Shown: positions 49,178 to 64,000 of the stretch, piece after piece | Position numbering within the stretch: position 1 is the stretch's first letter | Layout: each line of letters opens with the position of its first letter | From: Balamuthia mandrillaris | Taxonomy: Eukaryota | DNA length: 64,000 nucleotides | NCBI GenBank assembly: GCA_031835245.2 | Contig: JAVKOQ020000108.1 | Span: 1-64,000, forward strand | Direction of reading: 5' to 3' | Translations under genes and position numbers: made by a program | Notes under the pieces: model-generated | The model's database searches: none | Told to the model about the DNA's origin: nothing | What the model saw: the letters and a program-made list of their open reading frames with translations, nothing else

Positions 49178-51869
49178 ATGCGCTATCCACAGACCAATCT
49201 AGGGTTGCTTGTAATGCTTCTTATCCTCCGTTTGTCTGCAACTGAAGGAAAGTTGACCTATGTTGGGTGTGAACCGGCCACGCCCACTCCCGGAGTTATT
49301 GCCACCACGGTTTGGAAGGTGGAGGACCACACCTTGAAGTCTCCCCTCCAGCTGACCAGCAGCAGCGGTATCTATTTCAACGTTCAAACCAACGTAACCA
49401 CCAGTTTTTTGGACAGTGAGTGCTCCACTCCAATTGTTTTTTGTTTTTGTTGCCATAGTGGTTTAACTGCTATATTATTCTCTTTTATTCTCTCAAAGTT
49501 AAAACGAAAGCATGGGGTAATGGATGGTACTGCCCTTGCCTGGACTATGGCGCCCAATGGCCGGACTGGCCGTGCATGATCTCACAAACAGGGGAGCTTT
49601 GCTATTTCAGGTCCTCGGGGACGACCACCTCCATTGCCGACAAAACCATTCGTTCGGAGTTCAAAGTGCCGGAAGACCGTTTCCAACAGACCGTCTTGGC
49701 CACGGGAGGCCTCTACTTGCACACCAACTTCTATGACACCCCACAACAGGACGTGAGCGTCACCGGCACCTTCAAAACTGGACCCGCCGTCACTTCAATC
49801 GCTCCTACCATCGTCAGCAGTAGCGCAGACGAGAAGTTGACTCCCGGAGAGGAGTTCTGGTTTGAGTTTCGGTTGAACAATGCGGGACCCTCTGCGGCCA
49901 GGGATGCTCAGTGTCGAGTCCGAATGACAGTGGAAGGAGATGACGGAGTGTGGGCTTACGAAGTAACGCCAGCAGGATGTGCAGCGGAAGGAACTGGGGT
50001 ATGGACTTGTAGCTTTGACGCGGACATCTTCACGTCAGGTCCAGGTATGTATGCTTTACAAACACGTGTTTCTTGTTCACGTTATTCACCTTTATTTCAG
50101 CTTTTCAACTTCAACTTTCCTCTTTCTTCTTTGTTCTTTCTTTTGTTGTCGTTTCTTTCATCTTGTCTATTTCGCCTTATGTGTTGCTGACCTCTTTGTT
50201 GAAAAGGGAAAAAACAATGGAAGTTCACCCCACCAAGGGACTTTCGTGGTGCCATCACCATCACTGTGGACCAGTGTTCCGCCGTCGGCAGTCAAGCGAG
50301 CCCCCCAACCGCTTCAAAGTCGTTTCCCACAGCCCCGTCTTGGACTCTGTCTTCTGCATGGGCAGGTTTGCTGCTCGTTTCTTCCACTCCTCCTATCTAT
50401 CTGTTTGCGTGCTGGTTAACTCTTGCTTTGAACATTTCAGATGCTGACGACCTTGTCATGACAATGACGGAGTTTGCCAATGTGTCCTCAGTTCTCTCCA
50501 ACAGTGGGCCCTCCACCTCTCTCTCCACCGTCTGCACCTGGACCTTCTCTACGCCCTCTCTTCGCTTGGAAGCAAGCAACTCCGATCCCGGCGATTGCCA
50601 TGCATCCACCTCCCTGTCTACCAACTCTATTAACGTTAGTGTGTGCGACATGTGGAAGGAGGGGAGACTGTGCTGCATCCCATCCTCTCCATTTCCGCAG
50701 AAGAGAGTTTGAGAGGGACTCCTTCCTTTGCTGTGGAGCTCAGTTGTGAAGACGAAGATGGAAAAAAGTTACCGACACTCCTAAAGAGTTTGATGGTGGT
50801 GGAACAGCTGGAGAGCATTGATGTGGATGTATTTGTTGCGAACGCCAAGGCGGTCAACCATAGCAACAAAAGACAAGCAGAAGTACGTTTGCGTGCTTTC
50901 ATGTATTCTTTCCACTTTCTGACCGCAACGTAAAGGACTACATGGAAGACGATCTGGGCATGACACCGAGGGGCCAGTTCATTTTCGATGAAGCCATCTT
51001 CATTCAGTTCGACTTTCGCAGCATGGGAGCTCATTACGCCCGAAACGTCTCATGCAACCTTGAACTCTCGGGAAGAGATGCTGTGCTGATAGGGCTATTG
51101 CCTGTGACATCCACTTCTTCCTCTTGCGAAGACTTGGGCTACTTCCCTGCTTTGGAGGCTCGATTGTTGGAGTGTGGTTTCGAGGACTTTCAAAACGAAG
51201 CACCGCGAAGGAGAGAAATGTTGGCAAAAGTGGATGAGAGGTTGAGAGAAGTGGCTGTGCGGGTGGATTGCAACACCAACTTCTTGAACAGTATCCCCAA
51301 CCCGGTTTTCACGCAAACGCTGCAGTTTATTCACGGTACCTACTTGTTGGTTTCCGAACCTTTTTGATGTTCTGCTCATCTTCTGACACCAACCTATGTA
51401 CAAAGTGGATGCAGTGGATGATGAGGACTTGCCTTCTTCATCAACATCCTCCTTTGCTTCTGCTTCCTCCTCCAGCTCCAACCAAAGTGGAGACAATGAC
51501 AAGCAAGAGCCAGAACAGGGCAATGGGAGCAACGTTGCTCTTCCTCTGGGTCTTGCTTTCGGCCTTGGATTGCCGTTTATCCTCTTACTTGTGGGTCTTG
51601 TTGCGTTGTTCTTTGTGCTCCGAAAGAAGAAAAAAAGAACTCTTCGACAACAACATAAAGAGATGACTTCAACTGACGGCCAACCTTCACCGATGGAACT
51701 TTATGCTTTTGGCGATGTTACCCCTGCTAGAGGGAAGAACAAAAACAAAGGGAGGGAAGAAGGCTTGCTGAGAGGTAAAGCAGACTTGCAGTGGGAGATT
51801 CCTTTCGCTGAACTGGACTTCGATGAGCAGATTGGGCAAGGGTACAGCCAATTCATTCGTTGCTTTAAG

Positions 51870-51908
<39 letters not shown>

Positions 51909-53073
51909 CTCTCTTTCTCTCTTCCCTCTTCCTCTCTCTCTCTCTCTCTCTCTCTCTCACGCATGAAGTACACCAAAGGTGCTTTGGAACAGTGTGGCGA
52001 GGAACATGGAGAGAAACTACTGTCGCAATCAAAATGGTATGTCGTTTGCACCGTGCTTCGCCAGTGTTACATCATTCTCATTCTTGCTTCTCTTAGTTCA
52101 ACTCCATCATGGATTCTGAGAACTCCAAACCAACTTCAAAGCTGAAAGTGAGATTATGAAGTTCGTTGATTCTTCTTGTGTGCTGTATTGTTGTGTTTGC
52201 TTCCTTCTAACGAAGGCGCCTCAACTGCCTAGAACTTTGAGACCACATACGAACGTAATACAGTTATTAGGAGTGTCAATGAAAGAAGGAACGCCCTGGT
52301 GTTTGGTCACCGAGTTCTTGGCTGCCGGCAATCTTCTTCACTTTCTCCAAAACCTCAAACACAAACCTGATGAACTTGATGAGGAGGAGTTCAAAAGAAC
52401 GGCAGTGAGAATGGCAAGAGAGATCGCCACCGGCATGCACCACCTGCATTCAGAGAACATTGTGCACCGAGACTTGGCTGCCAGAAACGTTCTTCTCACT
52501 CGTGACCATTCTGTCAACGTTTCTGGTTTGTGTTCGTTTTTATCTCTTTGTGTTTGTGTTTCCGATTCCGACCATACACAAAAAAAAAAGATTTCGGATT
52601 GTCCACTTTGGAGAACGATGAGGAGTTGGCACAAACCATTCCCATTCTTTGGACCCCACCAGAGTTCTTCGCGAATAGAACCTTTGACCAAAAAGCTGAC
52701 ATCTGGAGTATGTTCCTTCACTATGAATGTTCTCTCATAAGTATGTTATTAACCTTCTGTTGGACTTAGGTTATGGAGTGTTGCTCTGGGAGATTGCCCA
52801 CCTTGGTGATACTCCGTATGGTAAGATGTCGAGTGAACAGGTGATCAACTCAGTTTTCTAAATGGTAAGTCATGGGTGATCTACAATGTTTGTTAGCTCT
52901 TTCTCCATTCTGATGTATGAAGAACCAAAACAGGAGATGTATTGCAGTTTAAAGAGAGCACACTACAAGTGTTGCGAACCATAGCCGCTCAGTGCTTCCA
53001 CTTTGATCCGCAGCAAAGACCTTCATTCAAAGACATCATCAAGCTTTTAAAAGAAGACAAGTATTCCAAGTGA
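49178..53073 (+). pseudogene. Receptor tyrosine kinase, paralog 4, with three apparent frameshifts (pseudogene or sequencing errors)
   Basis: Complete exon series, but indels relative to the paralogs at about 50640, 52130 and 52856. Confidence 0.7.
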
Positions 53074-53449
53074 ATGGCAGATAACACTTTGTTTTGCTCA
53101 AGGAATGTTGGGATCGTCATCTTTGTTTGTATTGTTACACAAAAAAACTACTATATAAAATATACCATTACATCCTTTGAGGGATGATAGGAAATTGGAA
53201 TGAACTCCTCCATTACCAGTACGACCGACCCTCAGCCGCCCTCCAACTCTCACTCTCTCTCTCTCTCGCGCTTCGCCATTGATTGCACCCACATATCTTG
53301 CATTGATCTCATTTCCACCAATCAAAAATCAAAAAACAAATGTCGACATTAACATGAAATTTCATGAAATTGTGGTCATTTGTTGCTCTATTTGTGCTGT
53401 ACAAGTGCTGATCTGTTCAAGTCGACATTAAAAAAGAAAGAAAAGAAAG

Positions 53450-54070
53450 ATGTCGAGAAGAAAAGGTGGCGGAGGAGGAGGAGGCCTGGGCAGAAACCAA
53501 ACGCTAACGTTTTCCAAGCCAGTCCCAAAGTTCCTGCAAGGACTGGTGTCACCAACGCCGCAACAACAGCTGCAAGAAAAAAAACAACAACAAGGCCGGT
53601 TCGAAGGCTGGGAGGAGGAGGAAGAAGGAGATGAGATTGAGAATCACTTGGAGGGGTTGAGCAAGGAGGAGAGGGAGGCGGTGGAGCGAATGCTGGAAGA
53701 GCGCAAAAAGGAGGAGGAGGAGGCGCAAAAGCAGAAAGAGCGGGAGGAACAGGAGAAGAAGGAGAGGGAGGCTAGGGAGAAGGAGGAGCGACAGCAGGAG
53801 GAGAAGGAAGGTTGGCATAAGTTTCGGCCGCGTTCTTCCTCTTCTGCCAAGAAACGAACTTCCACCTCTTCTTCGCCATCCACAAAAGAAAGTGAAGAAG
53901 AAGACAAAGCAGAAGGAACGAAGAAAGAGAAAGAAGAAGAAGGGCCACAAACAAAGAGACAGAAGAAAGCAGCTCCTGCACAACCGAAAAAGAAGGCAGT
54001 CATACGCCACAATAGAGATAAAGCCAAACTGTCGTTTGCCGCTGATGAGGAAGAAGAAGAAGAAGCTTAA
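53450..54070 (+). CDS. DUF4604/KIAA1143-like charged protein, single exon
   Basis: N-terminal RNQTLTFSKPVPKFLQGL and C-terminal KLSFAADEEEE flank a charged disordered region. Confidence 0.7.
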   Translation: MSRRKGGGGGGGLGRNQTLTFSKPVPKFLQGLVSPTPQQQLQEKKQQQGRFEGWEEEEEGDEIENHLEGLSKEEREAVERMLEERKKEEEEAQKQKEREEQEKKEREAREKEERQQEEKEGWHKFRPRSSSSAKKRTSTSSSPSTKESEEEDKAEGTKKEKEEEGPQTKRQKKAAPAQPKKKAVIRHNRDKAKLSFAADEEEEEEA

Positions 54071-54197
54071 ACTCGTTTTGTTTTTTCGTTTCTATGTACA
54101 TTTTTCTTGTTTCTTCTCAAAGAAAAAATAAAGCTGATGAATGAAAAAGTAAAGAATAAAGGAAGGAAGCAAACGATAACTTGGTTGCCTCTCTTCC

Positions 54198-54282
54198 TCA
54201 TGTTTGTTTGTGGTTGGTGACAGCTGCTATCTCCTCTAAACTCGTTTTCATTTCCTGTTTTGTTGTTTTTATCTGGTTGGTC

Positions 54283-54324
<42 letters not shown>

Positions 54325-55266
54325 AAACCCGCATTGGGGCTTCATAGGAAGCGAACCAAGCATCAAGAGCGTCGAGTTGGTCTTCAGCAACTTGCAAGGA
54401 GCCGACTAGTTGTTGGATGACGGATCCCGAAGATAGAAGAGCATACGTATTGGCCTAACAAACGAATGAGAGTGAGAACGAGAGGGGAGCAGAACAGAGA
54501 AAAGAGAAGAGGAGAAGAGAGAAGCAAGTCGAGAGCATGAGGGAATGAGAGCATGGGAGAATGAGAGACGAGAGAACGAGAGCAGAGAAGAGAGAAGAGG
54601 CAAGGGAACGGAGGCAATGAGAAGAGAACGACAAAGAGAAAAAGAAAAAACGTACTATCTCCAAAGCATTCAGCTCCTCCTCCAACTGAAGGGTCAGCCG
54701 CTCGATGCCAGCCTCGCCCCCAGAGAGCACATTGCCCACAACGCCAAAGGACGAGCCCTCCAGGAGTTTCTCCTCTGCAGGGGAGAGCAGCTGAAAGTGA
54801 GGGTCTTTGTGAGGAGGACGCGTCTTGCTGAGGATGGCGCTCTCCAGCAGGAGCTCCTCCTCCTTTTGGAGGTCGTTCACCCCCGCCAGGAGCTTGGCCA
54901 GAGTGGCCTCATCCAACACTTCCTCCTCCTCTCCTTCTTCTGCTGCATGTTGGTCTTCATGGCGACGGGAGGAAGGGCTTCCGCCACCAGTGGACTTTCG
55001 TTTGATGTTGCCACCCACTCCCTTGCTGACCAGATGGGAGAGGGAGGAGGGAGCTCCCAACACCAGCTTTGTGCCTGTCCTTCCAAGCTTCCTGCAGCAG
55101 CAGCAAAAAAAAAACGAGTGGTAGTGCAGCGTGAGTGAGGGAAAAGAAACATTGAGAGAGACAGAGAGAGAAGGGGAAAGGGGAAGGGATGAGTGGAGAG
55201 GGTGGAGAGGGAGGGGGCAGGAGGCATGATGACCCACCCCAAGGGGTTGTGCGTTATCTGCTTCAT
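54198..55266 (-). CDS. Short protein resembling the exocyst Sec3/EXOC1 coiled-coil region, 4 exons
   Basis: LQLEEELNALEI|ANTYALL...VIQQLVGSLQVAEDQLDALDAWFASYEAPMR|EMKTSLEEIAAVTN. Confidence 0.5.
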
Positions 55267-55699
55267 GGGTGTCTCTTCCTTTCTCTTTGCTTTTTGTCGA
55301 CGTCTAACTTTGTCGACGTGGCGATTTTTTGTAGACTCCGTCATGTCGACATCGAAAGTAATTTCGTCCAGAGATCTTAATGTCGACATGAGGAGTGATC
55401 TGTGATTTAATTAATTTTCCAAGCGCCAATCCAAATTCAAAGATACTAAGATCTGCTCCGCTGAGCGGCACGTGCTTGCAACGGGTAGACGGTGACCGCA
55501 ACATTCCATTCAAAAAAACAAAACTCCTGCGAATAGTGTTAATATATGCACAAGAATTCGGCGTTTTGAAGCTTTGCTTTACGTAATAGCGGAGACTCAG
55601 CATTACACAAGCTTGAATCCTGGTCTACGAAGTGGAGACAAAGGAGAACCCGAAGATTTTGTTCTCTCGTCTTGTTTTTTTAATACACATCGCCTCAAT

Positions 55700-59861
<4,162 letters not shown>

Positions 59862-59948
59862 ACTGATGATGAGTTAGAGCAAAAACAAGAGAAGCTCTCC
59901 ATTGTACAAAAAATAATATAATGAACCTTTTTTTTAACTCCTTTGTGT

Positions 59949-62296
59949 TTATTCTCTTACCGCGCGCTCCACAACAAAAGGACCTCCACCAACCTTTTTT
60001 TTTTTGTTGTTTAAAAACGTAGTTGTTGTTATGTATATGAAAGGAATGTTAAAGAAGAGGAATGCTGTCTTTTAATGTTACCTTTGTATGTATTATTTGC
60101 TGGAGAGAATCTGCGAATTGAGCTTTCTCAAAACCAATGGAGGACAGCAGGGCTTCATCACCCAACTCTGCGCTCTCCTCGGTGGAAAGAGAAGAGCTCA
60201 ACAAGTAGCTATTACGTTATAAAAGGGCAACGTTAGAGTCTAACGAAAATGCACAACAAGAAAAAGAAAGAAAAGATATACCCGTTTGTGGTCTCTGAAG
60301 GAAAGAAATGGAGCAAAAAAGATAAAAACTCGGGTAGATGTTCTTGAAGTAAATAGATGACAGCATTTGGTCCAGCGTCAAACGTGTATGCCGCCTTTTG
60401 AAAAACAAGTATAAGTGAAGAAAAGAGAAAGAATACAACAGTTGCCAACTTACTCGAATTTCTTTGTAATACTTGTTGTACGCTCTAAAGAGATAGAGAG
60501 GTTGTTCGTCAAATAAAGAGACGAGCATAAGAGAGGAACGAATGAGACTCAGAGAAGCAATGAAGCAGGAGAAAAGAAGGACAAGGGAAGAAAGAAGAGA
60601 CGCACGTGACTAGATGAACGATTGCTTTCGACGTGTCATTCATGTAAAAAATGGGTGGATAGGTGTCTAAACAAACGGCGTGAAACTGGTTGCTGTCTTG
60701 CATGGTCAGCTTGCCAAACCGCTGAAAGTCCTTTTGTTTGATGGCGTCTTCCATTTCTTTGATTCTCTCTTCTACCACTTGGTCTGCTCTATACTGTTAT
60801 TCAAAAAAGAAGAATGAAGTTAAGTCAAGAGAAAGAATATGACCAACAAAGAAAACAAAAGAATAAGAGAAGAAAACAGCAAAGCGAACTGAGAAGAAAC
60901 TTAAAACGAGAGACGATACAAACATGAAGTAACTTGCTGGTTTGGACGCTTGTCTGCATGCCGGAGGTACTGCTCACCGCCTTTTTCTTGGCACTTGCAA
61001 CGCAGATAAGCACTTGTAGCTCTGGCCAATGATTTTCATCACATACCTGATATTAAAAAGAAATAACATGTTACTCATATTGAAAGAACGCTTCCTCATA
61101 GTAAAGAAGCAACGAAAGACAATCAAATAAGGAAAGAAGCAAGAAGAATGAAGAGAGAACCATGAACGAAGAACAAAGGAAGAATAAGGGAGCATAATGA
61201 GAATAAAAAGAAGCAAGAAGGCCCAAAGAAGAGAAAATAAAAGATGCAAAAGAAAGAAGAAATAAGAGAAAGCCAAAGCAGCAGAGAGAGAGAGAGAGAG
61301 AGAGAATAAGATGGATATACCTGAGTGGCTATGCTGTCGGAGCCATCCTCCTTCTCTCCCTTGCTCCAAAGCACAAAGCCACCATGCAAGCTGCGGCAGG
61401 CGCTGCCAGAGCCCATCCTCGCCACCGCCGTCAACTCACCTTCCACTTGCAGCAATTGAGCCAAAGCAAATGCTGGTATTGCAACGATCAGCAGACGAGC
61501 AAAAAAAAAAGTGTTTAGTGAAAGAAAAAAAAGAGAAAAAAAGAAAAAAGAAAAAAAGAAAAAAAGAAAAAAGAAAAAAAGAAAAAAGAAAAAAAGAAAA
61601 AAAGAAAAAAAGAAAAAAAGAAAAAAAGAAAAAAGAAAAAAAGAAAAAGAAGAAGAAAAAAGAAAAGAAAAAAGTTAAAAAGTTAAAAAGTTAAAAAGTT
61701 AAAAAGTTAAAAAAAAGAAAAAAGAAAAAGAAATAAAAAAAGAAGAAAGAAAAAAGAAAAAAAAGAAGAAAGAAAAAAAGTAAAAACGAAAAGAAAAAAA
61801 GAAAAAAAGAAAAAAAGAAAAAAGAAAAAAAAGTAAAAAAGTAAAACGAAAAAAGAAAGAGAAAAAATAAAACTATAAAAAAAAGATACTCACTCAAACA
61901 AGCAAATCCGGAAGCCGAGGAAGCCAAACCCGCTGCCGTCGGGAAGTTATTCGTGGAATGTATATGAAAGTGACCTTCTTCCCCTTCCTCCTCGCCACCT
62001 CTGTTTTTTCTTCTTCTCCTTCTCAGCTCCTGCAAACAGTTTTGGAAGCGAGAGTTGCCCTGGAGGTCCTCCTCCGCGCCGTTCAGCCACAGGCGGTCCC
62101 TCTCCCATCGCTCGGAGACCATCACCGTGGTCGTCGTGCAGAGGTCCGCCATGGAGAGGGTGGTGGAGAGGGAGGAGTTGAGCGGGAGGATGAGCCGCTC
62201 ATCGCGCTTGCCCCAGTACTTGATCACGGCGATGTTGACCGGCGCTTTGGCGGTGACGATCACGCGCGCTTCTTCTCGGTCACTTTTTTCTTCCAT
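59949..62296 (-). CDS. MVD: Diphosphomevalonate decarboxylase
   Basis: [92 protein letters not shown]. Confidence 0.97.
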
Positions 62297-62561
62297 TTTT
62301 TATTTGTTCTTTGTCTGCAAATAAATTTTTGGAATTCCTGTCCACAAAAATATTTAAAAAGGTAAATTAATTAATCGTCTGCATAAACATTTTTAACATT
62401 TTTGTCTACAAAATTACTCCGTAAAAGGAAAGAAATCGCAAATTCTTTAAATGCTTGGCATAACTCAGCCCACTGAAAAAGCAGAAGAAAGAGAGAAGGC
62501 ATGGTAGAGTAGAATCGTCGTTGTGGAGGTCCCACACAGAAAGTTTGTCTCGTTTTGTTTT

Positions 62562-62884
62562 TTATCCCACACGAGGCGTTTTAATGCATTTGCCTGCTTT
62601 GTTCACATAGACACGCACACGGTCCTCGCGAAAGTCCGCGGTCACCATCGCTCCCTGCGGAATGGAGACGACTTTAAGGGAGCTGTCGTCCTTGAGAATG
62701 GCGGCCTTGACCTCCTCGAATGGCTTTCCTACTAATTCGGGCCACTGCCTTTTACCTTTTGTTTGTTTGGTTGCGCCATACGAACATAAACATTCAAAGG
62801 AACAAGAAGAAAAAAAAATAGATCTCGGTGAGCATGATTCTATGGAAGAGGAGGGAGCTGCTTGTAGCAACACCTACCGGACAT
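62562..62884 (-). CDS. Potato inhibitor I family (I13, CI-2/eglin-like) serine protease inhibitor, 2 exons
   Basis: MS|GKRQWPELVGK...MVTADFREDRVRVYVN...PRVG*. Confidence 0.93.
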
Positions 62885-63291
62885 GGTTGCTTTTGATAGA
62901 GGAAAGCGTTGTTGTGTGGGTGTGTTGTTGTCTGCGTTACTCTCTGTTCAACAACAAACTTTAACCTAACGGTGCTATAAATATCCGTTATAGCACCGAA
63001 AAAAATTCCGAAATCACGAAAATATCGGAAATATTTTCCAAATTTTCAGAATTTCGCAAATTGTGGACTTAATTTCGACAATTGGACCGATCGAACTGCG
63101 CAATAGGGAAATAGCCGCGGGTTTGGCTCTCTCTGGCTGTGACGGATTTCGCCGGACACCAAGCCCGCTTTTTCTGCCTCTCCTTGTTTCCTCCTCTCGA
63201 TGTGCGAGCGATAAGATGAAAAAAAATTTCGTGACAAGAAGAAGAAAGTTTCTTTAGTTGTGTTGCGTTGGCTTACTCCCATGGGGTTGTT

Positions 63292-63566
63292 TTATCCGAT
63301 GCGAGGAGTCTCGGCGCAGTTGCCGGCGTTGTCCACAAAGACACGCACACGGTCCTCGCGCCAGTCCATGGTCACCATGCTCCCCTCGGGGACGGACTGG
63401 ACCTGCAGGGAGCCGTTGTCGTTGAGGATGGCGGCCTTGACCTCCTCAAAGGGCTTTCCAACCAATTCGGGCCACTCGGTTTTGCCTTTGGAGCAAGAGA
63501 GACGGAAGAAGAGGGAGAGAGGAAGAGGAGCCGACAGACGAGAACCAGGGGGTGAGATAAAAAGAG

Positions 63567-63606
<40 letters not shown>

Positions 63607-63676
63607 AACGTAGGTAAGACGTTTTAAAAAAATAAAAAGGGGAGCAAGTTGGGAGAAACGCACACGTACCAGACAT
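63292..63676 (-). CDS. Potato inhibitor I family inhibitor, tandem paralog, 2 exons
   Basis: MS|GKTEWPELVGK...MVTMDWREDRVRVFVD...PRIG*. Confidence 0.93.
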
Positions 63677-64000
63677 TGTAGTAGTAGAAGCTGTGTAGTT
63701 TGGTTCTGTAGAAGATAGAAAGATAAAAAGAGAGGAAGAATGGGAAAGCGCAGCGCTTGGAACTTTCTGGTGAATAATAATAATATGACCAACGCGCAAT
63801 GGTTGGGTTTGGCGGTGGTCCTTGTCGACACTATTTTTCCCCGCTAAAAGTAGCAGGGAAGCGCAAGGACTTTTTTTGCTGCCTTTTTTCCCTTGCCATT
63901 TCTTTTCAGTCATATATAAAAATATTTATCGGACTACCAATGCGTTTTCCACGAGAAGCCAATTATTTTCCGTAATAATCGACATTTTTCCCAAAACAAA

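Overview
Gene-dense, intron-rich eukaryotic DNA, inferred to be a free-living amoeba (Amoebozoa, Balamuthia/Acanthamoeba-like) from its microsatellite-filled GT-AG introns, giant-virus-type ankyrin genes and receptor tyrosine kinases. About 27 genes or gene remnants can be reconstructed by hand: a BT1 transporter, ankyrins, an EEP phosphoesterase, a RING-CH ligase, a stand-alone E2 acyltransferase domain, a GT4 glycosyltransferase, a VWA protein, an ACF1/Itc1-like ISWI subunit, an F-box cluster, a SAAL1-like protein, five paralogous receptor tyrosine kinase genes, MVD and two potato-inhibitor-I proteins. Two features stand out, side by side at 15.3-17.1 kb. The first is a small gene missed by the ORF track (16593-16955) that reads M-V-[TGA]-V-T-C followed by a hydrophobic helix, with a SECIS-like stem-loop in its 3' UTR: a candidate new membrane selenoprotein with a UxxC motif. 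The second is an intact five-exon gene encoding an H2B-H2A fused histone doublet. A palindromic TGTCNACA motif and isolated Pol III B-boxes recur in promoter regions. All gene models are manual and unverified by RNA data.
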